The position numbers and the translations under genes are program-made. Shown one piece after another: positions 55,780-64,000 of a stretch of DNA of 64,000 nucleotides. Numbering within the stretch: the stretch's first letter is position 1; each line of letters opens with the position of its first letter. Location of the stretch: the IMG/VR virus record IMGVR_UViG_3300020579_000010; one strand, given 5' to 3'. Origin of the DNA: an uncultured virus (IMG/VR IMGVR_UViG_3300020579_000010) (lineage: Duplodnaviria > Heunggongvirae > Uroviricota > Caudoviricetes). The notes beneath the pieces were generated by a model. The model ran no database searches. It saw only the letters and a list, made by a program, of their open reading frames with translations, and was not told where the DNA came from.

Positions 55780-58773
55780 ATGACGCTCCGGGGCGACAAG
55801 ACCAAGTGCTCGGTGTGCGGCGGAGGCATCTACCGTCGCATCTATGGTTTTCCAGACGAGCACTATGCTGGCTGCCCGAAGAACATGAATGCGAAGCCCT
55901 CTCCGTCGAAGCTCGGATACGGCGTCTTTCTCTACTCGGGCGGCGACTCGTTCGTGGTGCGTACGCTCGATACGCTCCAGCACCCATACAAGATCGAGAA
56001 CGTACTCAAGACCTACAAACGCAAAGCTGACGCCGAGCGCTACTGCAACGGTCTCAACGACGGAACCATCAAGCTATGATGAAAGTGGCTCCTCTCAAGT
56101 GGAAGCAAGATGGGTACTTGCATTTCGCGCACGCGCGCGAGGGCATGTACACCATCGAACAACGTCGAAGCCGCTTCATCGTGACACTGTCCCTTGAGAA
56201 CGATTCAGTTATGCGAGGTGATGAACAGCAGATGGGTGTGTACTTGTCGCTCACACTCGCGAAGAAATCCGCCGAGCGAGATCATCAAGCGCTGAGCAAG
56301 CTGGACTAGGGAGAAGAGTATGAGTGCCAACAAGTACAACGTCATCGAGCGCCAACATACTGGCACTGCGGCAAAACCGGGTACGGTCAGACACGTCCAC
56401 GTATCTGGACCTCACAAATGGGAAACCGCATGGCGAAAAGCTGCTCTCCTCAATCGTGAAGCGGTGCGCAAATGGAAGCGCGAAGGTTTGTCGGTTCACG
56501 ATGCTCCATTTTTCACCACTGAAGAGGTCCGATGAAGCTCACGCACCTCTCACACAACCACTTTGCGATTTCCGACGCCGACGCCGGACGCCTTGCTCGC
56601 GCCTCCGGGCACCCGCTGCCACGCATCGGGTACGAGGCTGAGGTGCCACTTCCCAATGGCAAGAAGGCGTGGTTGACGCGTACCAATACACACTATCGTG
56701 CTGACGGCACCAAACGTGGATGGTCGTGGTCGGTGTACTCGAATAACCGCATTGTCAGCGACGAAGAGTGAGTGAAACCGCATCAGCGCTATGGTCAAGT
56801 CTACGACGTCTAGGAGAGAAATATGAAATGGACGAAGTTCGTTGGACGACATGGAACGAGTTACCATTCGATGGAACCGAATGGCTACGTGATCGACGAA
56901 CATCTATTCCGATCACGTGGAAGACCGTTTGATTTGGCTCGAATTTCTACAAGCCCGCACGGCGTTACAAAAGCCAAGTTGCTTGGCTCCTTTAGAGCGT
57001 TGACCGAGGCTAAAGAAAAAAGCTCGATTGGATGCGCGTTCTGCGCGCCGCAATTAGGAGAGGACCTCTTTATGGGACACAGGCAAGCCATCGAAACGAA
57101 GTATCTCGGCCCAACCAACCACCGCGGCGGGCGCATCAAGGCGAGCGCGCAAGCGGGCTCGATCACGATCCCGTGGGACCACGCCTTGAACACCGACAAC
57201 AACCACGACATGGCCGCGATTGCGCTCCTCAAGAAGCTCGGCTGGAAGGGTAAGCTCGAGGGTGGCGGCAACGCGCGAGGGAACGGCAACGTCTACGTCT
57301 TTATCGAGGGGAAGAGGTAAGAAGAGGTCATGAGCTATCCCAAATACTACGCGTCGACGTATTGCAACAAAACTCATCGCATGAGCGACGGCAAGCCAGT
57401 TGAGCACAACTGCTACATCCTTCCGCCTTCGGCACTTCGCTTGGAATACGATGGCGACTACGAAGCAGCCATCGAGGTTCTCCAAGCGTCGAAGCCCATG
57501 AGGGAGATGCTGCGAGGAGTGAAAAGGTCATGAGCGACGCATGGGTACCTCCCGCCCTCGCATGGGAAATCACACCGACTCAGCTCAATGTATTGATAGA
57601 CACAGCGTCTCCGCTGGCGAAACGTAAGCACAGTCCCAAGGTTCGGAAAGCAGCTGAGCGCATTGTCAAACCAAAGAAAGCAAAACGATCGTGAGCGCGG
57701 TCAAAGTGAATAGGGAGTTCACTGTCGAAGTGCGCAAGGACCAAGACGGCATTTCGCAGGTGTGGTGCGACGGTCCCGACTGGAGCACCGTGACGGAATC
57801 CGAGCGCCTCCAGATAGCCAAACACGTGCACGAGCTACTCGTGTCGAAAGGCTACAATTTGAGCGGTGTCTATCTAGCACCGCGTACCGTCATCGACGGA
57901 TCGCTCATACTCTGGGATTAGGAGAAGAACATGGCGCGCGGCGAACAGTTTTTTATCAACACAGCAACCGAGATGAGTTGGCTTCGCGTAGCGCATTTGC
58001 CGCAGGTAGCTGCTGGAACTTACAAGTCCGCTATCCTCTACGGCGGTGAATGGTACCCGTCGCGCATCGAACTCTTCAAGGCGAAGAATCCCAAAGCGAC
58101 TGACACGTGCGTCGTATACCAAAAACAAGGCGGAAAATTCGTTCGAGCGGGCATTTCGAAACCGGGGATTGGATAAGGGGAAGAGGTCATGGCCTACAGA
58201 CACAGCATGATCGGGCACCAAGGCGCGCTCAAAAACCCCGCAGCCTCGAAGAAAGAGCGTGCGTTCGTAGAGGGTCTCGCCAAGCAGGCGACGAAAGAAG
58301 CCCTCGCTGAGAATCTTGCGCGGCTCAAGAGAGACGTCAACGGCATCGGCGGCATGAGCTTGGAACACTACAAGCGTATGCCGAAAAAAGAGCTCGTAAC
58401 CCTGACGGTGATTTACCACCTTCATCAGTTCAACCTCGAGACCGACAACTACGATTGAAGAGAGAAGAGGCAATCGGTAGGAACCATGAAAAAGCGACCG
58501 AGTACAAAACGTAAGCTCGAAGACTTGAAAGCCGGAAAAACAACGCCTGTCGATGCCAGCATATTGGCGTTCATTGAAGAACCAGGAGTTGACGAGCGTG
58601 CCGTCTTGATTTTGGCAAGCGTCTATAACGACGTAGGACCTCAAAGAGTTGCCGTTCCCTGGGATCTTCAAGTGAAGGCGTCAGATTTTTACAATCGACG
58701 TGGTCTTGAAGCTACTCTGAAAGAAATTGTCAGTTTGGGCGGTTCAAAGTACTTGGAAGGATACTTGAGGTAA
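55780..58773 (+). CDS. Cluster of ~11 small hypothetical genes (e.g. 55780-56079, 56076-56309, 56320-56535, 56532-56771, 57072-57320, 57330-57533, 57691-57921, 57931-58176, 58189-58458, 58486-58773)
   Basis: Tightly packed 60-100 aa ORFs with purine-rich RBSs, typical of phage accessory regions. Confidence 0.6.
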
Positions 58774-58840
58774 GCGCTGTGCACATCGCGCACGGAGCGA
58801 GGATTCTCTTGTTCGATATCTTTTGGAGCACGACTGACGA

Positions 58841-58921
58841 ATGACTCCCCTCGACTTCGCCCATCAGCTGCTTCGTCGACTCGGCGTGCCCGAGTCTGAC
58901 TCGAACCTCCAGGCGCTCGTC
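58841..58921 (+). pseudogene. Diverged duplicate of the first 27 codons of 59455..60090
   Basis: MTPLDFAHQLLRRLGVPESDSNLQALV vs MTPLDFAHQLLRRLGLPESDSRLQGLV. Confidence 0.6.
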
Positions 58922-59454
58922 GGTGGAACGGCATGGCTGCCTCCAACGTTCGGGTTTCGGGTACACGAGGCCCTTGCGCCCGGTCGAGTGTCGATGGATA
59001 CTTCTATCCGACGACTCGGCAACGAGGCGCCACCTACGAAAAACAGTGGGGTGCCCTGGTGCTCTGGCGATACGGATTCGTGGTCCGTGCCAGATGCCAG
59101 GGCGTCTTGCTTGATCTGGATCATCGTTACGCAACGTGCGAAGATTTGCCGATGCATCCTCTCCTATGGGCCGCAGGCGGCTTTGGTCTTGGCTGGCTAG
59201 TTGGACGTCGCTTCGATGAACATCGCGCTCCTGCTGCCCCTGTTGTGGGCTGGGATTGGCCGTGGGTGGAGGTACCGATCGCGCCCAAAACGACGATGCA
59301 CACTCAAACCGATCCGTACTCGCTCTACACGCTTCCTGGAGCGGTCGAACAATTCTACATCCACAAGTACGTCGTCCCAGAGGCAAGAGCATTCGATCGA
59401 TGGCTCTCTTCGCGCTGAATGGACGGCGACTCTGGGACTAGGAGTAGGCAAGAA

Positions 59455-60090
59455 ATGACTCCCCTCGACTTCGCCCATCAGCTCCTTCGTCGACTCGGTT
59501 TGCCTGAGTCGGATAGTCGACTTCAAGGTCTTGTCGCAGTGCAAGCCATCGAAGGCGGGGGAGGACTCGGTCTTCATAATACCGCCTGGTTCAATCCTTT
59601 GAACACGATGTGGCCGGTAGATAGTTTTGGATGGAAACTGATCCCTACTGCAAAACAAGCAGAAGGACTGCTCAAGGGCATCAAGGCATTCGCGTCATGG
59701 GACGACGGTGTCGAAGCTACTGCGCGCACGATTTCGCAAAGCAACATGAAAGGCATTCTCGATGCCCTTCGTCGCGACGCGAGCGCCGACGACATCGTTC
59801 GCGCATGGGGGCAGTCTCCGTGGGGCTGGACGAAGGACGCGGCGTCGAAGGTCGGCAAGGCCGCGACGTACTTCGCCTACTACGCCCACAAGGAGTTCCC
59901 CGGTGGCGGCGGTTTTTCCTCTCTCCTACCGCCCTTGCCGAATCCCGTAGAGGCCATCAAGGATCTTTTCAATCCAAAGACAAAGACGTCCTCGAAAGTC
60001 GGCGTCATCATGGTCGGCGTCGGCGCGCTCGCGGGCATCGCAATGCTGATTCACGTTCTAAAGAGGCCGTCAAAAAAGGTAGTCGCATGA
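59455..60090 (+). CDS. Lysozyme/glucosaminidase-like protein with C-terminal TM
   Basis: AIEGG...FNPLNT...FASWDDGVEAT...SPWG pattern. Confidence 0.55.
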   Translation: MTPLDFAHQLLRRLGLPESDSRLQGLVAVQAIEGGGGLGLHNTAWFNPLNTMWPVDSFGWKLIPTAKQAEGLLKGIKAFASWDDGVEATARTISQSNMKGILDALRRDASADDIVRAWGQSPWGWTKDAASKVGKAATYFAYYAHKEFPGGGGFSSLLPPLPNPVEAIKDLFNPKTKTSSKVGVIMVGVGALAGIAMLIHVLKRPSKKVVA

Positions 60091-60676
60091 GTAAAGCTGA
60101 AGACAAGAAGATCCTCTCTGCTGCGAAGAAAGCTGGAGAGCAGTACGCGCTCAACCAAATCGAAGGTGACTACTTTTCGAACTTCGTCGCTGAGCAGGTC
60201 TACGCTGCAGTCAAAGACCCAGACGCGCATTTCGAGACTCTCTCCAAGAGCGGTGCAATGCGTGCAGCGAAAAACATCCTCGTCGACTTGGGCCACGACA
60301 TCTCGCGCGACCTCGATACACGCGACGCACTCAGGCGTGCTGGTGTTTCGAATTTCCGAAGCGGAGTCTCCGACAGAGACATGCACGAAGCATTTTGGGA
60401 GGGTCTTCACATGGTACTCGACCGCAAGAACACGCAGAGCTGGCTTGCCGACGAGATCCAGTTCCGTACGAAGGAAGCCAAAGGTTTGGAGTAGTCATGA
60501 GCAAATGGGACATTCACATCTTCAACCCGCGCAATCAAACGACGTCGACCAAACGCGGTGTCGAGGTGCCAGGTACTGAATCGAGCATGGCCTACGCTCG
60601 CGCGGTCATCATGTGGGCGAGCGCGAAGTACGGCAAAGCGCAGAAGTACATCCTTGCCGTGCCGCACCGTAAGTGA
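60087..60676 (+). CDS. Two hypothetical genes (60087-60494, 60497-60676)
   Basis: Coupled ORFs. Confidence 0.55.
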
Positions 60677-60685
60677 CGTGGCAAC

Positions 60686-61144
60686 GTGCCTCTCTCACGC
60701 TTGAAGCAGCCTACCTCTTCGGGCGCGCAGCTCCGGATGTTTGCCAAAGATATGATGCCTATCTCTTCGGTGCGCGGTCCGCTTGAGAAAGACCTCGTCA
60801 CCATCGTGCGCGGCGAGCTCAAACGTCTCGGCTACAAAACATGGTCGGGACGGATCAGGATCTTCGACCGGCCTCTCGATGGCTCGCAGGGCATCCCCTT
60901 CATTCCAGCGCTCGAACCGGGCTGTCCCGACATTTTAGGAGTGTGGCCACCGATGTCACCCGCGCACGGGCGTCTCTTTGGATTGGAGATGAAGCGCGAT
61001 CTCTCCGAGAAAGAGCGTGCGAGTCAAATCAAGTGGCGCACCGAGGCCGCCGCAATGCGCATCGCTTGCAAAACTTTCAGTTCCGCAAACGAGGCTGTAC
61101 AATTCTTGGAGGAGCATCGCCATCTGGCGAACAACGAACGATGA
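60686..61144 (+). CDS. VRR-NUC / PD-(D/E)XK nuclease
   Basis: PGCPDIL...FGLEMK......SQIKW. Confidence 0.85.
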   Translation: MPLSRLKQPTSSGAQLRMFAKDMMPISSVRGPLEKDLVTIVRGELKRLGYKTWSGRIRIFDRPLDGSQGIPFIPALEPGCPDILGVWPPMSPAHGRLFGLEMKRDLSEKERASQIKWRTEAAAMRIACKTFSSANEAVQFLEEHRHLANNER

Positions 61145-62327
61145 CCTCTTCAACGACCGATTACCCCTTCGTCTGCGAGTGCGGCGAAGCTTTCGCCACA
61201 AGAGGCGAACTCGACGTGCACAAGGGGCTCGACGCCGAGAACGATTCGCTCATCGGGCGCACGTTCGACGATTTCGCGATGGACTCCGAGCCCGCGCCTC
61301 CGGAGCATGACGGAGAAGGGATGTGACTACGATGCCCCCGCGTAGCCATCCTGACGACTACGGCAACGGTGATCGCTTGGATGTTCCAACGGGCAAGAGC
61401 GCTGAGGAGTACGCGCGCATTGCAGCAAATTCGGCTCTGAACTGCGAGTACGCCGTAGGCGGAATGATGAGAGAGCTTGCAGCAACTAGGAGCGCGCAAG
61501 CGACGTTTCAGACGAACACCAGCGCCTTCATGCAAGAAACACGTGCGTTCATGGGCGAGACGCGCGAAGCCTTCAAGCAGCTCGGCGTCAAGGTGCGCAA
61601 ATCAGAGCGACGCATCGAGGCCAAGGTCGAAGAGATTCAAGATGAAGTCGAGGATACGAAGACCCGTAACCTTCGCGAGTTCAAGCACAAATACAACTTC
61701 TGGAAGAAGACGTTTGTGGGTAGTGCGATTGCAGTCGTCGTAGGTGTCGTTACTTTGATTGTCGGGCACTACATATTTCACATAGGGTAATTGCATGACC
61801 GATGTTGAAATGTGCAATCGCTGCCAAAAGCGTCCAGCGCACCCAGAAGCTTTCGGTCTTTGCGGTCCATGCGACGACGCGCTCTATGACTTCATGGGAA
61901 TCGGGTGCGAAGCGGCAGCGAACGCCGTGAGCCAAAGCTCGCTTGGTCCAAAAACGTCGTCTCGTATGCGCGCTGAGCACTCCACCAAAAGGCGATTGGC
62001 GTAGCCATGTGGACGAAGATCAGTGCTTGGCTTACAGCGCACTCGAACTTCATGAACGAAGTTCAGTTCCTTGCAAACATGGGTCACTTCGCGTGGGCAT
62101 TCGGCATCGTGCTCACGACTGCGTATCTCTCGAATTCCAATTACAGAGCTCTTGATATCGTCAGCGTTGCAGGTATCGCTCTAGCTGCCGCAAAAGAGTT
62201 TCTCTACGATGCGAATTTCGAGTTACCGAAACAGACGTTCAAAGACAACATGACCGACTTCGTTGGCTACGTGCTCGGTATTGCGGCTGCGTGGGTCGTC
62301 ATTGGCCTGCATGTCTTGAATCGCTAG
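61141..62327 (+). CDS. Four genes: 61141-61326 (Zn-finger-like), 61323-61790 (coiled coil + C-terminal TM), 61795-62004, 62007-62327 (multi-TM)
   Basis: Packed ORFs. Confidence 0.6.
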
Positions 62328-62452
62328 CGCATCTCTGATTTCTTCGGCTTCTTTGCGTAAATCTGTGCGTTCTTGTAGACTGACCTCGAACGTGAGCTGA
62401 GTTAGGCGGCTCTCTTTCACCTCGGTTTTGTGGGTGCAAAGGAGAGTCTCTC

Positions 62453-63352
62453 ATGTCAGGACGCATGTTCGACAAAGGCCGCCACGGTTTCGGCGAAAAG
62501 CTCATCGGCTGGGTCGCAGACAACCAAGGCGCGGCGCTGTTCGATCCGACGCAAGTTGCGACATGGACGCGCGAGATCACGAACGTCACGAACGCGAATC
62601 CCGCGGTCTATACGTCAGCAGCGCACGGATTTTCGAACGGCGACATCGTCCTCAACGGAGGCATTCTCGGAAATCTCTCGACGAACCAACTTGGACGAGT
62701 CGCGGCAGTTACCACGAACACGTACCAGATGCTCACACTCGAGGGTGCAGGCATCAGCGTTGCGGGCTCAGGTGCCTACACATCGGGTGGATGGGCGGTC
62801 AACCTCACGCAAGCGTCATTCGTCGCAGACATCATTCAAGGTAACGGTCGCGTTGGCACCGATGCCGAACCGCTCGCAGGCACTACGGACGTTGGAGGCG
62901 TGCTCTCGGCAACGAATTGGACCTGGAGTGCGGTATCGCAAGGATATGCAGGACAGCAAGCTTGGGCGATTATCTTTTATGATGCTGCGGGGGGTTCGGA
63001 CGCAACGAACAGGCTCATTGCCATCAACGATGGAAAGCTTCAAGTCGTATGCAATACGAACGCAGCGCTGCTTGCTACGACAATTTTCGTCGAGCCACTC
63101 ATTGCTGGCATTCCGTCTGGTTCGGTTCTTTGGTTTTCCAATGGCCAGTCTGCGACGCTTTCCGTCGCTGCCAATCAAGGCGATCGATCGCTGACGGTGA
63201 CAGCGCTCGGCGGCGCAATTCCACCAGGCCATCAGGCCGATGTCATCGCAACCATCGCGGGTCTGCCGTTCACACCGAACGGCGGTAACATCAACTTCAC
63301 GGTACCAGTTCTTTGGTACCCCGGATTGCCCACTGCGATCATGGCAATCTGA
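62453..63352 (+). CDS. Virion structural-type protein with E1-FCCH-like beta module
   Basis: ITNVTNANPAVYTSAAHGFSNGD...AYTSGG; AAGGAG RBS. Confidence 0.65.
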   Translation: MSGRMFDKGRHGFGEKLIGWVADNQGAALFDPTQVATWTREITNVTNANPAVYTSAAHGFSNGDIVLNGGILGNLSTNQLGRVAAVTTNTYQMLTLEGAGISVAGSGAYTSGGWAVNLTQASFVADIIQGNGRVGTDAEPLAGTTDVGGVLSATNWTWSAVSQGYAGQQAWAIIFYDAAGGSDATNRLIAINDGKLQVVCNTNAALLATTIFVEPLIAGIPSGSVLWFSNGQSATLSVAANQGDRSLTVTALGGAIPPGHQADVIATIAGLPFTPNGGNINFTVPVLWYPGLPTAIMAI

Positions 63353-63645
63353 TGAGCGGTAAAGGCTCTGCGATTGTGAATTTCGGCGCCGCTCCGGGCA
63401 ATACAGATGCGAGCGTTGTCGTCACAGGTCAAGCCGGCATCCTTGCGACGTCATTCTGCGAAGCATGGGTCGACGGAACCGATCAAGCAGGAACGGCGGA
63501 CCATTCGACGGACGAGCACGCGATGCTCGCATCGACAGCCGGCGTCGTTTGTCGAACCATCGTTCCTGGAACGGGCTTCACCATCGAAGTTGCAGCCAAC
63601 ATGAGAACCATTGGCCGGTTCAATTTGCTCTGGGTCTGGGCGTAA
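63352..63645 (+). CDS. Small beta-rich structural-type protein
   Basis: Start overlaps the previous stop. Confidence 0.55.
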   Translation: MSGKGSAIVNFGAAPGNTDASVVVTGQAGILATSFCEAWVDGTDQAGTADHSTDEHAMLASTAGVVCRTIVPGTGFTIEVAANMRTIGRFNLLWVWA

Positions 63646-63654
63646 GGAGAAATC

Positions 63655-64000
63655 ATGGCTTGGGAAATCCTTGGCGCAGATGGGCTGACAGTACTCAAAG
63701 TCGACAGCGGCTCGAACGCCGCGCGTACGACGCTCTACGACCAGTACGGCAACCCGATGAGCGACGTGAACTCGCTCGGCAACGTACTCAACGCGCTGAA
63801 TGCTGCTGTTACGCTCACTTTGGGAGGACAAGGCTCGATCGGCATCAACATTGGCGCAACCGCAGGAACCATCACTGCAACCTTCGAAGCCACCATTGAC
63901 GATAGCACGTGGTTTTCGATTTCAGCCGTGCCCGTAGGTGGAGGAGCTTCGGTCTCTTCGACATCGGCCAATGGACAATGGGTCGCTAGCGTCGCTGGCT
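63655..64000 (+). CDS. Beta-rich structural-type protein, truncated by the right edge
   Basis: AAGGAG RBS; MAWEILGADG... open to window end. Confidence 0.65.
   Translation, partial: MAWEILGADGLTVLKVDSGSNAARTTLYDQYGNPMSDVNSLGNVLNALNAAVTLTLGGQGSIGINIGATAGTITATFEATIDDSTWFSISAVPVGGGASVSSTSANGQWVASVAG

Overview
The window looks like part of a large, GC-rich virus genome (no host housekeeping operons), probably infecting a myxobacterium. It contains: (i) a protein-primed-type family-B DNA polymerase that runs off the left edge, apparently at an intein inserted in motif C; (ii) a tmRNA; (iii) a compact type V CRISPR module: RHH regulator, Cas12m-like effector with an intact D-E-D RuvC triad, and a 9-repeat array, plus a solitary repeat copy ~5 kb away inside another gene; (iv) an array of ~41 tRNAs covering all 20 amino acids, with two HNH genes and a circularly permuted tRNA-like (Y-RNA-like) element; (v) a long + strand structural region with a candidate single-jelly-roll capsid protein, a transglutaminase-like protease interrupted by a Gln-terminated mini-intein, Gly-rich/SGNH spike-like proteins, several peptidoglycan-binding membrane proteins, and many low-complexity membrane proteins sharing x-x-[V/T/A]-G motifs; (vi) RadA, a VRR-NUC nuclease and a dual-specificity phosphatase. 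I recognised no terminase, portal, HK97 capsid or tail gene, so a giant tailless membrane-containing phage is the working hypothesis. The 9-mer GAAGAGGTC is strongly over-represented. All family assignments come from reading motifs by eye; no database searches were run.
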